The notes beneath the pieces are model-generated. The model did no database searches, was not told the DNA's origin, and saw nothing but the letters and a program-made list of their open reading frames with translations. A stretch of DNA of 63,052 nucleotides, counting the filler, from Rhabdomonas costata (Eukaryota), in assembly GCA_019059605.1 (NCBI GenBank). It is 24 parts of 24 records of this genome, joined end to end, with 100 filler letters (N's around TTAATTAATTAA, not from the genome) between each part and the next. Parts side by side here need not be neighbours in the genome. Positions count along the whole stretch, not along the records: positions 34,227 to 36,752 come from JAHMHO010002986.1; positions 36,853 to 39,382 come from JAHMHO010002987.1; positions 39,483 to 42,012 come from JAHMHO010002988.1; positions 42,113 to 44,641 come from JAHMHO010002989.1; positions 44,742 to 47,270 come from JAHMHO010002990.1; 19 more parts are not named here. One strand, given 5' to 3'. A program made the position numbers and the translations under genes. Of this stretch, positions 34,324 through 46,438 are shown piece after piece (the first letter of the stretch is position 1; each line of letters begins with the position of its first letter).

Positions 34324-35843
34324 ATGACGGACACCACTCCGCTACTGAGCATGGAGGCCTGGCAGGGTGCCCGGGACGGCGACCTGGGGCGGCTGCGGCT
34401 GCTGCGCAAGGTGGAGGCCCTGCCGGAGAAGGAGTTCGCGGTGGCCTTTCCGGAGTGGATTCCCATGCTACTTCAGGCCCAGCCCCCTTCTTGTCCTTTA
34501 TTCTGTGCTCCTTCTCTCACTTCTCAGACATGTCAGACGTCCGGTAACCCCGCACCACCCAGCGTGATTCTGGAGAAGCAGTACTTTGGGGATCATCACC
34601 GCGGGTTACCGCAAAAGTTTTTGTTTTCAGATCGTGCATCTGCTACGTTAAACGGCAAGTGGTCAAAATGTCCATTGGCATGTGTTGTGTCTCAGACTTA
34701 TTGACATGGTTATCCATGGTTATCTCCAGCGCTACAAGGATTTTTTGGTTGGTTTGCTTGTTTGGTCGGTTTCTTTCCCTCAGCTGTCCTTCACTTCCTC
34801 GTATGCTCCATCTGTGGAACTGAAGCGAGCCGTGTTAGACCTTCTGTACAAGGCACTGAGGTGCGTCTGCGCACTCCACCGTCAACCCGCAGACCCCGCT
34901 TCCCACAGTGACTGTCTCGCCACCCCAGTGAGTGCTTCATGCAAGTGTGGTTTTTGGTCTTTCTGTGGAACTTCGGTGTTCCATCATCCAAGTTTCGCCT
35001 TCTCTTGTGGCACCAGCGTGCACGTACTCCTTGTTCTGGTCCCCTTCTGCTACGCCTATTTTTGGCGTTGCCCTGTGTGGTTTTGACTCGATTTTTCTTC
35101 GCCTTTATAGTAGTCACTACTATCTGACAGGCTCTTGTGAAGTAGTGGCGTGTGTGTGTGATGTTCTCGGGTTTGCCTGTTTTAAATGATTTAATGATTC
35201 AAGCAGATGATCGGGAGGAGGTTTGGTGGCGATGTATATGTCCCCTGGGATGCAAATAGGAGATTAGGATTCTGGCACGTGGGCCCAAGATCCTAGGTAT
35301 TTAACGATGGGCTCTTTAAACGGTAATAAGCACATTCGTTCGAGTGACGCGAACGGCGCAAGCACCAGCAACTGAGGATCGACCCAGACACATGCACCCA
35401 AATTTTCTAATCTCATTCCTTGCATTCAACAACACCATCACTAATATCACCATCACCATCAATACCACTACTATCACCATCATCGAAACGTTGACCACCA
35501 ATCTCTGCTTGCAAGAACATGCGCCGCAAGAACACAATGACCTCTAAGTCTTGAAAAATAACTTATGGTGCATACAGCCCGAGTTCCTGGCTGCTATCCC
35601 ACGCATTCCTTCGTTCATTCACCCGTCATCCAAGTTCCAAGGGCGGGAGGACATTCCTCCCCCACTCGTGCCCGCGCCGGCTCCTCTTGCAGAGTGTCTG
35701 TGGATGTAAGGAAGCTCTCCGAGGTGAGCTCTGTGGTGCTGGCGTGGGCCTCCGAGCCTGGCGCCGACGCGGAGGTGCAACAGAGGGCCACCACGTGGAT
35801 GCGCCAGATGTTCCGGCTCCGCATGGGCTCCCACCGCGCCGAG
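34324..35843 (+). CDS. HEAT-like protein resembling the symplekin N-terminal domain, first three exons
   Basis: Exons 34324-34476 (GC donor), 34784-34860 and 35693-35843 join in phase. PSVELKRAVLDLLYKAL and DAEVQQRATTWMRQMFRL resemble symplekin N-terminal helices (by eye). Confidence 0.5.
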
Positions 35844-35898
35844 GTGTGTGCGCACGGTGAACCGCTGTGCACTTCACGGGTGCAAAGGGGTGCAAAGA

Positions 35899-36001
35899 TG
35901 CACTTGGCTGGGCAGTCCCCCCGTCGTCCACACCCCAAGTCAGTGGTGTGGACGACGGGGGGACTGCCCAGCCAAGTGCACACCACTGACTTGGGGTGTG
36001 G
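35899..36001. repeat. Interlocking inverted repeats (A-B-A'-B')
   Basis: 35899-35934 pairs with 35945-35980 (36 bp). 35928-35950 pairs with 35979-36001 (23 bp). Confidence 0.9.
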
Positions 36002-38431
36002 CAAGTGCTTTTTGATTGTGTTTTGTTTCCCGACATTTGCGATCCCTTACCCTCCTTCCTTGTCCGAACCAGCGTCAGGGTGGTAGGGACACTGCCCTGC
36101 ACTTTCGAACGGGTTGTTCTTATATCTTTTCTGTGCTTTTCTTTTTGTGCTTCATTAGCCTAGCGGTGGTCCACCCACCACCGCCAAGCCACCGAAGACG
36201 GTGACTCCTGAGAAGCCCAAAGCTGGAACAGGTCCTTGACAGTGGCTCTTCTTGTGGAGCTTATGAGCTTTTGTCTTTGTAGTTGAGGTAGCTTCTCATG
36301 CGCATTCTGGAGGCGTATCTATTTGTGAGTGCGGTATGTTGTGATTCTTCGAAAGCTTCGCGACGCAGCGTAACCCCGACCGCTGCTCATGCACTCATTG
36401 TTCGCAGATCAGATGACGCTACAGCCTAGCTTGTGTATACTGCATTCTGCGGTTTCTGTCTGCTGCTCCACCTGGACTGAGCTGAGGGATTAAGTGGTGG
36501 GGGTGGTTTCGTAAACAGGAATTCGCCATGAGAATGCCTCATCGGGCTCCTCAGAAAACGCTGTGACTCGAAGGTGTGTCTGGTTCGACGTTTTTGTGCC
36601 GTTGGGTGCTGCGTTGTCTGCCTGTTCCCCTCCTTCCGCCCCGGTGTCAGTGTCGCATTTTTGGGCTGAACCAACGGCACGACGCTTTCCGAAACCCGCG
36701 TTCTCGTATGGGTATGGGGAAAGCGGTTGGTCTTTTCGCTTCATCACACACCNNNNNNNNNNNNNNNNNNNNNNNNNNNNNNNNNNNNNNNNNNNNTTAA
36801 TTAATTAANNNNNNNNNNNNNNNNNNNNNNNNNNNNNNNNNNNNNNNNNNNNGGTGGTGGTTGGATGCATATCCACATCACTATTTACGGGGTTTTTATT
36901 GTTGTGCTCCAAATCTGAAACCCTGGCCCCAAGTGCTGGGCACGCCGCGTTTCGGGAGGCCTGCTATCTGTAAAAGATCGGAAAAGATCTTGCAGTTGCA
37001 GAGTCAGCACCAAACAGACCAATGTTACAAGAAGATGCGGATGGCAAAAGGATGACACCTTTACATTTCCAAAAAACATTTAGAAGGGACAGGAGAGAGA
37101 CCGGAGGGGGAAAACAAACTACAAAGACTGAAACGAGTGTAACAAGTCTGAGAGGGGGTAGAGGCAAAAATGGGATGTTTGGAGAATTTGGCACCAGAGA
37201 AAGTCGGAAGCACAGAGGAGAGGAGATCAGCGACATACTAAAAGAACAAATCTGCTGGGATTAAACACAACGCAAACGCTGCAAACTTTCGTCCAAAGGT
37301 GATTTAATCCTCCACCCTGGCTCCAAAATCGGCATCCTACTGTAAATCAGTGCATGTTATCTGGAGGATAAAGAAAACATTGCCCTCTCGATGTGCTGCT
37401 GGTGCAGTCGGTGGCCACTTGTGTGTAATTCCATCCTGTGCTTCCTTCGTTTTCTGTTTTGTCAAATTGTCATGGGGGGAGAGCTAGCAAACATTCCGAG
37501 GTAGGGAGAGGAGGGAATCTGTGTGTAATGCGAGGGGGTGGGGACTCAGATCCCGATGCGCCCGCGGATGCCGGCCGAGCGGTGTTACTTTGCCCTGCTC
37601 GAGGCGTATCTTCGGACGTTTACCAGGGCAGCGAGCCCCCCCCCCTCCCCCTCTTCCGAACTCGCGTAATCTCATTCTACTCCTTTTTGTCCGCAGTGAT
37701 GACACCGGTGTGGGTTTTTGTCCTAGTAGAAGCCTCTTTTTCTTCCTCCCACAGTTGTCTGCAGACGCTCTTCTTCACGTGATCTCAAGATGTGAACGTT
37801 CGATAAAGTTCAAATTAGTCCCGACAAGACAGACACGCAATATAACAGCGTTCAACCTTCGCTCTTCTTCGCTGTTGTTCTTTCGCAGGGCCTTGTGTGG
37901 AGAATCAGAGGACGCTGGTGTGGGCCAACATCTGCACCGACGTGAACCAGGCATGCCATCATGTGACGTGTCCCTTTTTGGTTGCCCCCACTTGTCCCCA
38001 CTAAAGCTCGAAACATGTTCCGCTGTAGCAATGGTGGTACGAAAACAGGAGTCCAACATAAAAAGTTTATGGTGGACCCTTTTCTTTCGGAGGTCAACTT
38101 GTTGGTTGTTGAACACAACGTGCAAGGTCTCGCGACAGCGATTTCTTGTGATTTGTCACAGAACCACGCATACTTTGGACAGTCATGACAATTTGGATCG
38201 AATTGGAAAGCTCGGCTGGTAACTCCCTGAAGAAAGATCTCCGATATTTGCAAAACAGGGACAAACTCTCTTCCCAAAAAGAATTCAGCAAGATTACACG
38301 TACGCGAAAGGCAGTAGGTTTCACTGCTCGCCAAGTTAGAGTGTCCACAGTCGTATATGGATACAGGGACGCAAGTCTTTACCAGGCCAGCTATTTCACT
38401 GCCGTGCGTTGCCTCACCGGGGAATTCTCAG

Positions 38432-39062
38432 GTTTTCACCGTGAAGTACAGGGACTGCGACCCCAACAAGGTGGACCGCCTCCGCAACACTGCCACGGGG
38501 ACCCTTCTGAGCCTTCTGGAGGCCACCCATAGCAACGTGTTGCCGCTGCAAATGGTGAAGGACTTGAACCTGGAGGCCATTGGGAACTGCCTTGGCAAGA
38601 TGGTATGCACCCCATTTCACCCATACCTGATGTTCCCTAATTCCTCTCTTCAATGGTTCTCTATTGTTCACTTCCGGCAGGCATCCAGTAAAGTTGAAGA
38701 ATCCTTCCTGTCACTCTTTTCCCCTAAATCTATCCCCCCCCCCAATTCTTCCAGCTGTTTTTTGCCACGCTTTTGCCTGCCTGAATGAACAAACCTCTCG
38801 ACATTCAGTTCTTCTTTTATTTCTCTGTATAAAGTGTGTGTGTGTGTGTGTGGACAGCGAAGGCACAAACAAGGACCCTTGGGAAAGTGTGAACAGATCT
38901 GTGTTGGGTGAGACCTTATGGCGCTCCCAGGCTGAGGCGGCCACCACAAAAGCTGAGGGGAGCTCTGTGGAGGACCAGGAGGAGCACGTTGCCAACGTGT
39001 TCAACCTGTTCATCCTGCTGCACATGCTGGAGTACTGGACCCATGACCCTCGGATCGTCGAG
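38432..39062 (+). CDS. IP3 receptor/ryanodine receptor-like Ca2+ release channel, RIH-associated region
   Basis: Exons 38432-38602 (VFTVKY...VDRLRNTATGTLLSLLEATHSNVLPLQMVKDL) and 38931-39062 (...HVANVFNLFILLHML) join in phase 0 (GT-AG). They parallel the IP3R segments LKDNASKLLLALME and VGHNIYILA. A possible upstream exon lies at 37550-37627. Confidence 0.62.
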
Positions 39063-39485
39063 GTCTTTATATTGCTGCTCATGTCGATCCCTCCACCCTC
39101 TTTTCTTGGCTATGATTTTCCTTTGTCTCGTGCCTCTGCTACTTATTAGTTCCATCGTGTATCGAATTCTTTGCCGCGCGCTTTCCTACCACAAGTGCAT
39201 CGGGTTTTTTGCTCAGTGCTGCTCAACGCGTAACATTTGTGACACTGCAGGTGCCCATATCATTATTTTCCCTACTCCCCTCCTCTCCTTCTGTCACCGA
39301 TTACCACAAACAACTGCAGTCACGAAAGTGCAGGAAGCGGCAGTGCCCGAAAGCTATCAATCAGACACAATAACAACCACACNNNNNNNNNNNNNNNNNN
39401 NNNNNNNNNNNNNNNNNNNNNNNNNNTTAATTAATTAANNNNNNNNNNNNNNNNNNNNNNNNNNNNNNNNNNNNNNNNNNNNTTT

Positions 39486-39578
39486 TTTTTGTTGCCCACG
39501 TGTGATTTACCCAAAATGCGTGGTAACCGTTACCCGGTGGTCACGCATTTTGGGTAAATCACACGTGGGCAACAAAAA
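39486..39578. repeat. 37-bp perfect inverted repeat (fold-back) at contig start
   Basis: 39486-39522 is the reverse complement of 39542-39578. Confidence 0.9.
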
Positions 39579-40235
39579 TAAACAGCAATCACACAACTGT
39601 CGGGACAGCAGTGGTTGTGTGTGTGGGGCGTTAACTGATTATTCGTTTTGGTTTCGGGATTTTTGGAATTTTCGGGCCTTAGCAAACAAATGGGTCAGGT
39701 CATATGTGAGTCCCCCCAACGCTACATATTGGCATCGTGTGAACAGCCCGATCACCACTCTTTAAGCGGAGAGGGCAGTGGCCATCGAAGGCCTCTAAAA
39801 GAATATGCAAGCGTTCCCTAAAAAACGAGAGAAGATTTCTGAGATTGCAAACCACTGCAACCCAAGCACATGAGGGCAAGGTACGTGACTTACGTGAAGT
39901 TTAGTTGCCTCCGCTATGCAGCAGGTTTACATTCGATAGTTACCTCATCATGCCGAGAAATGCCCTTCAAGATGCAAACAAAGCGACTTTCTTCGACGAA
40001 TAAAAATTCAAAGGGCCGATCTGGTGCCCCCTTTGAACTTCTGCATGTCTTTACATCGAGTGTGCGATTTTGGCCACCAAGCATGCCAAAACGCGGAACC
40101 CAGCACTGCTTCACAGTGTTCTCGAGTGCAAGCTAATAAAATAAATGTTAAAGTGGGCTGGCGTTTCGAACCCGAGGGCGAGAAGGCGCATCCTATGCAG
40201 CATTTTCCAGGAAAAACCCGAGGTCGAGTCCGGAC

Positions 40236-40364
40236 GCTGAGGTCTTCCCGTGCAAGGAGGGTCAGCTTGGGGCACCCGCAAAGCCCCACCCACAGCACCT
40301 CCCTGGGGTGCAGCCACCTCAGCAAAAGGGCCCACAGATCCTCGGGAAGGGCCAGGGCAGGCAT
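40236..40364 (-). CDS. F-box-like N-terminal exon
   Basis: MPALALPEDLWALLLRWLHPREVLWVGLCGCPKLTLLAREDLS fits the LPxE/DxxxxIxxxLxxxExxxxxxxC pattern. Candidate GT donor at 40235. Confidence 0.5.
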
Positions 40365-42141
40365 CTCTCTCCCTCTCTTTTTCGAACCACCCTCCTGCCG
40401 AAAGAAGCAAGATTGTGCTGGAAAGACACCACCAACAACCGAGGCCTGTTTACGGAAGGCAGGCAAGCAAAGTCCCAACATATGCTCGGTGTTGTGGGTA
40501 TTGGAAATGGTTAATTTAATGAGAAGGCCAAGCCGAATTGCTTTCATCATTGCTTTCTGACCTTTCACCTGTTATGAATTGAAAAACATGGAATTAAGAC
40601 ATCAACTTCCAAAACGCAACAGCCTACTGCAATACGAATCAAAGATAGTAGCACAGGGTTCGAATGCACAGAATGACAGGTATTGGAACCCCGCCACCCC
40701 CCCTACGTCACTCTCATTCCAATTTTCTTGAAACAAAAACGAATTTCTATGGTAATGTGCGGAAGAGTCAAACAGCCCAGGTGCTCAGCTACAATAATCC
40801 TAGAACGTGAGCATAGATCGCATGGATTCTTGGACCGCTGTCAATAGGGTAATATCTTTTTGGATTTAAGGCGGCCCAAACCAAAACCGCAGTCAGCTGA
40901 TCACTGAGTGCAACAAAAGGTTACGCCACAGAGGGAAAGCGGGAGGGAAAAAATTCCGAGGAGACGAAGTCTCCTCCCCCATCCAAAGCAGCCTATGCAA
41001 GATTCTTACTCCAAATGACTTTCCACCGCAGCTGCAGGGGAACGCCAAAGTGAGTGAAGGAAGGGAGTAACCCAAGCTGCGAGGGGAAAGAGGGAAGGGG
41101 TGGCATTGATGACCCCTTTGCTTTGAACCGGAACACCGGAACCGGAAGTCAACGACCAGTGGCCAACCCGAACCCCCATCGGAGCACCCAAGGGGTGATG
41201 CCGAACGTGGCCCGAACCTTGCTAGGCGCCTGAATCCTTTGCAGGATGGGATCCCGGGACATGCAGTGCATTACTGCGCAGAACCAGAGAGAGATATTGT
41301 ACAACAGCTCCCGACGCACACCGGGAAACCAGCAATCCTGTGCCAAGGCCAAAGGAACTTTTTGTGCCCTTCGAATACTGAAACCTACACTGGGTGCAAC
41401 CGCAAGGTTGGTACGCACCACCACACCACGCTCACCAATCAGTCAGCCAATAATATAGCGTTACGCCCATGGGTTCGTCTTCAGAGAGCATCTTCATCGC
41501 ATTTCCTGAAAAACCGAACAGAATGCTGAATAGGCAACCGCAAAGCAACGCAAGCAATTCTCAAGGTAGCCACGTCTGCTGCGTGTCCACCAAAGCGTGC
41601 ACTGTGCGCAGGTAAGGTCGTCGGTAACTGCGGTCCAGTTGCTGACATTGCCGGAAACAGATTTGGAATTCCCGGAATCATTGGGCTACTCACGAAACCA
41701 AAAGAAACCTTCGGAGCTGACCAGTCTCTGCTCCTACCTGCATGGGTGAAAAAGAGTATGCGCGATAAAGCAGAGCGAGGATAGAGTTAAACGCGCACTT
41801 GCTCTGCGTTATCGTTATCGTTATCGTCTGGTGAACCGGGCCATATTAATTTCTTTCGATCTAGTATGCATTCAACACCAATTTTTGGCCGTCCCTCAAC
41901 TTCCAAAAAGGTAACAAGGGAAAAAGTGGTCACAACCTGGCACTACCTGTAATTACTTGTAATTCGCACTGTTCGCAGTTTTGCAAATAAAGGTGTTCCC
42001 AATAATACTTCGNNNNNNNNNNNNNNNNNNNNNNNNNNNNNNNNNNNNNNNNNNNNTTAATTAATTAANNNNNNNNNNNNNNNNNNNNNNNNNNNNNNNN
42101 NNNNNNNNNNNNGGTTGGTGGTGTGGGTAAAAAACGCGCAC

Positions 42142-42279
42142 CTTTAGCGCGGCTTGACTTCGCAGCAGGTGCTCAAACATCGGCAGAGTGGGCTTAACAT
42201 CCGCGAGAGTGAAAGCCTCGAAGAGGACTTTGGTACGCCGGGGCTCGCGGAGACTGCTCAGATGAAGGCTGCAGTTCAC
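42142..42279 (-). CDS. Internal exon of an unknown protein
   Basis: TAG|GTG...AAG|GTGCGC boundaries around 46 codons: VNCSLHLSSLREPRRTKVLFEAFTLADVKPTLPMFEHLLRSQAALK. Confidence 0.4.
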
Positions 42280-43765
42280 CTATTGTTGGCGAAGCACAAA
42301 AGCTCGTGAATCCAGAAAAAGAAATCCAGTTGCAATGAAACATTATCAGAAATAAACCCGTGTCATTCCATTAGCCAGAAGCAAGAAGTTAAACCTGAGT
42401 TCACCCCCACTTTTGGAGAACATCGGTTTAGCCCTTTAAAGTTAGCTGGTGGTGGTTTTAAGGTGGTGTGAGAACACAACATATTAGCAGTTCATGAAGG
42501 ATACGCTGCCATGCGAAACATCTGGCAACAGGAAACATGAGAACTTTAAGATTTAACTTTCCCAAAAACCCGATACTGAAGCAACCGTCAAAATGCAATA
42601 GTTGAAGGTCAAGATGCAAGTCAAAGCTTTGACCCGGAGAAGCGGGAACGCTCCAGTGTGAAAAAAGTTGTCCCTTCCCTGTGCTGCGAAAACTTCATAC
42701 ACGCAGCAGTCCGGCATTTATGGAAGCCTGGGGAGAACCATCGAGCCGCAGACTCGTCACTTACTATCTGACCATCGGTGATTCAACCCACAGACGGACA
42801 GTGGGGGTGAGAAGACGACAGTTCGAACAACAGAAAATGCAAAGTGCTCATACGATATGCGCGGGCAAGGGGAGAAGCCCAAGTTCAAGGACGGTGCGAA
42901 GGAAGAGAAGGAACCTGTGCACGCACGTGCACAAGCACGCAAAAACGTGCAGGGAGAACACTCATCGTTTTTTGCCACCCCTTCGAAAAATAGCGTAACT
43001 ATCCGTATCCAAGTCAGTCTCCAGCACTGTCCGATAGAAATTGAAGACATATCTTGAAATTATAGCAGGCCGTGGCTTGACATGCATATTCCCCAGTGCA
43101 GGCACAGCATCATACCCCTCAAGGGAACCAGGTTGTGACTGGCGTGAAAGTTTGCCGGGCAAGCACATCTTGAGAGCTCCCGTTACGATTTTTCTACTCT
43201 CGACTAATCGGAAGGGGGGGGGAGGTCGTGGTCAACGGTTACTATCCACCAAGAACATTTTTTACGGACGGAACATAACATAATTTCAAGTCTTTAAAGC
43301 CTCCCGGTTCCCAACATACTCCGTTCCAGCCTCAGCTCTGCTATTCCGCGGTGCTGGCATCCGCCCTTACTAACGCTGTGTCACTCCGCTCAGCAATGAG
43401 CAACCCCTTTGAGTGTACACTCCAGTTGTTTTCTTAACAGCGCAAGCCTCAAACCAAGCCTCTTGGATCAAAATCAGAATGACGTCCCGGGCACAGACAC
43501 TGTTTGCCTTTCCCCCAGCAAGAATTCTAAATTTCCGCTACCTCTACCCCTCTCTACCCTTATCCGAACCCAACCATTGTAAATTGCCTTGCCCCACAGC
43601 CCCCTTTTCCATGGGACTGGGGGCCTGATATCCAGCAAAAGCAACAATGACTGGCAAAGCACAACAACGTCTGAACGAAAATACGAAGAACAAATGGAGG
43701 GGAGGGAGGGGCGTTCGACACAAGGTGCGGAGTGAGAAGTTTCCGTGTTCTGCACTACCGCTTCC

Positions 43766-44385
43766 TTAGCAGTAGCATCCACCAGCCTCAGCCTCTGGCT
43801 GGGGTTGGTACAAGTTCGCCGTGCCAAGGGATGAGGAAGTGTTCGCAAGCAATGCGGGGGTGTCCAAGATCTTGCTGGCGACCTCCTCGAAGGCTTGCTG
43901 GACACCCTCCTTGGTCTTCGCGCTGCACTCAATAAACATCATGCCGTGCTTCCGGGCAAACTCCTCCCCCACCGCGCGAGGCACCGCGGCCTTTTCGGCA
44001 TCACCCTGCTTGAGGTCAAGTTTGTTTCCCACAAGCAACATAGTGATATCCGGGTAGGTGGAGTACATCCCAATCTCGTTCTGCCACGTCTCCAAGTGGT
44101 CAAACGTGGCTCGGTTGCTGATGTCGTACACCAGGATCACCCCTTGGGCACCACGATAATAGGAAGAAGTGAGAGTGCGGAACCTCTCTTGCCCAGCCGT
44201 GTCCCAAATCGTGAGCTTGATTCTCTTGTTACGGAGGTTGCAGTACTTGACCTTGAAATCCACGCCGATGGTAGCGCCAATGTCCTCGTCAAACGTGTTG
44301 TCCGTGAATCTCAATAGAAGGCTGCTCTTTCCAACGCCTGAGTCGCCAATCATCAAAAGTTTGAACGTGTGGTCGTACACCTCAT
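43766..44385 (-). CDS. RAB18: Rab18/RabC small GTPase (main exon; tiny first exon not located)
   Basis: GDSGVGKSSLLLRF, ATIGVDFKVK, IWDTAGQERFRTLTSSYYRGAQG, GNKLD, ECSAKT and the C-terminal CYC prenylation motif, ending at TAA. CAG acceptor at 44386. The ORF-track start (TTG) is intronic. Confidence 0.96.
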
Positions 44386-45073
44386 CTGCCCACAACAATT
44401 CAAAAAGGAAACAACTGAAAAAGAAATCTGTGAATTACAAAGAAGGTGATCGCAAGTGGAAAGAGCAAGTACACAAGTCGTATTTCTCTTCGCCAACGGC
44501 AAACAGGAAAGCATGTGATCAGCTTATTTGTCCATTTATTCGACACCGCATTATCTGCTTGCAACGCCCGCTAATGCCCCCATGCTGCATATCACCCTAT
44601 GAAATACATTTGTCGTGCGGCTGGTCTTACCCACCCCACACNNNNNNNNNNNNNNNNNNNNNNNNNNNNNNNNNNNNNNNNNNNNTTAATTAATTAANNN
44701 NNNNNNNNNNNNNNNNNNNNNNNNNNNNNNNNNNNNNNNNNCATCAACAGCAAACTGCAATTTCAACCAGCGCAAAACACGCCCTCATGAACACTCCTGT
44801 GTACGCCACCAGTGAGCAGAAGTCCCTGCCTTGAAGGCTCGTGTCATCAATGTTTTCTCCAAGCTGCCCAGTGCGTGTCCCGAAATGGCCAGCAAGGAGA
44901 ATCCTCCCGCTACTCACATAACAAGAAAGGCGCCACACAGAGCCATGCGGGAGAATTAAAAAACCACTGAAGCCTGACAACAAGGCGCCCAAGCAACCAC
45001 GAGGAAGGTTCCTCAGGGTCATGCAGGCAAAAATCTTCACTGCTCCTTGACCCTTCTGATCAAAACGGTAGCT

Positions 45074-46438
45074 TCACCTTCCCGACCACATCTCAGACAA
45101 AACCTTGTAAGGGGTAGCCTTATCTGGCGAGCATGGCCGTGCCTGCTGTGGAGGGCTGCGCTCGAGGACGTAGGAGTGTGGATGGCTAATCTCGCCGCTG
45201 AGCCAGGCCCCCATCTGCCCAATTCCGCCCGAGGAGGTCAGCACGTGATACTGGGCCTTGGACATCACGTAGATCTCCGCGGCGACGGTTTGGAAGGCCT
45301 CCCTCAGCACGCTACGGTCGCACGTGCTGGCGTTGTGTGTCGTGCATTCGGTGTGCACGGCTGGGGTGTGGGTGTTCGTGATCAGCTTACTGCCATAGAG
45401 CTTCTTTGCTTCTCTGCGGAGGGAAAGCGAGTCGGAGGCGAAGTACCACACCACTCGAGTGTGCCAGGGCTTCCGGCGGTCCTGCTCAATTTGAGCAGCG
45501 CAGTCAAAGAAGTGCGCGTAATCCTTCACATGGAAGTTATCCCTGGAGGTGAAGACGACATCGCCGATTCGAATCTGAATCCCAATCCGAAGCGCAGTGG
45601 GGTCGCTCACCGCGGGCAAGAACCGCTCCGCTTTTCGTCGGGTCCCGGCGTTCGGGGTGAACAGAAACAGAAAGGCACAGCGCGCCAACGTTTCTGCACG
45701 CAGGCCAAGTCGTTCCAGCGCTGGCCTGTGCACCGGATTGCGGAACAGCAGGAAGGTTCGACCCCTGTTGGACGACACAAATGCATATGGAGCGGAGTCG
45801 TTCAGCGGATAAATTTTGCGGAAGTCACTTCGGGCAAGGCTGTCCGATCCACCTTCGTTGACAATGTACCAGTAGGTGAAGGCATTGGTGGTGTGCTTGA
45901 AGACGGGTCGGCGCTGACCAGCGAACTCCCGGATACCGTGGAAGCTGACCTTAATGTGCTCAAACAAGATGTCGGGGTAAGTGGCGCTCCATTGGATGTA
46001 AGGGGAGTCGAAGCCCATTCTGAAGTCGGGCAGTTGGGCGTAGGTAGCGATCTGGAATGCCCTGTCCGTGAGCAAGGCGTAGTAAAAAAGCGTCAAGATG
46101 CCTGTCAGAATATCAACAGTGCCCCCGTCGGAAACCAATGCAACAGCAAAACGCTTCGGACGGACTCCTTTCAGAACCTCCGCGTGCATCACCGCATAGG
46201 TCTTTCGCCAGGTCTCAATCGCGCGGGAGCACGTTTCATTCGGGGGAAGCCGGCCTTGCTCCGTCAGGGAATCGCTTTCTCTCGAGACGGGGCCCGTGCC
46301 GAGGTGGACAGTCCGCAGCTTCTGCTTATTCTCTATCTTGACATGTGTCAAAAGAAAAAGTGCGGCCAGCATCACAATTGCCATTTGGATGGCGTCGACT
46401 AATCTTTTTGCACGCGACGACGAGTTTGGAGCAACCAT
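45074..46438 (-). CDS. Type II membrane fucosyltransferase-like glycosyltransferase (GT37/GT23/GT11-like), intronless, 454 aa
   Basis: N-terminal TM segment. GILTLFYYALLTDRAF, IGIQIRIGD (GDP-fucose motif I), WYFASDS (motif II) and AEIYVMSKAQYHVLTSSGGIGQMGAWL (motif III). Confidence 0.8.
   Translation of the reverse strand: MVAPNSSSRAKRLVDAIQMAIVMLAALFLLTHVKIENKQKLRTVHLGTGPVSRESDSLTEQGRLPPNETCSRAIETWRKTYAVMHAEVLKGVRPKRFAVALVSDGGTVDILTGILTLFYYALLTDRAFQIATYAQLPDFRMGFDSPYIQWSATYPDILFEHIKVSFHGIREFAGQRRPVFKHTTNAFTYWYIVNEGGSDSLARSDFRKIYPLNDSAPYAFVSSNRGRTFLLFRNPVHRPALERLGLRAETLARCAFLFLFTPNAGTRRKAERFLPAVSDPTALRIGIQIRIGDVVFTSRDNFHVKDYAHFFDCAAQIEQDRRKPWHTRVVWYFASDSLSLRREAKKLYGSKLITNTHTPAVHTECTTHNASTCDRSVLREAFQTVAAEIYVMSKAQYHVLTSSGGIGQMGAWLSGEISHPHSYVLERSPPQQARPCSPDKATPYKVLSEMWSGR

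Noticed and set aside
35420-35485. Hydrophobic or Thr/Ile-rich ORFs (MMVIVVVLMVMVIL...)
   Set aside because: They are translations of a degenerate (CAY)n intronic microsatellite.
18224-39578. Perfect hairpins at contig termini (18224-18332, 31327-31491, 39486-39578) as terminators, miRNA precursors or hairpin telomeres
   Set aside because: Each lies within a few bases of a contig end next to primer-like tails and they share no sequence. Fold-back amplification artefacts explain them better.
45047-46402. 451-aa ORF antisense to the fucosyltransferase
   Set aside because: It is a shadow ORF of the real gene's codon bias, with a non-ATG start and no recognisable motifs.
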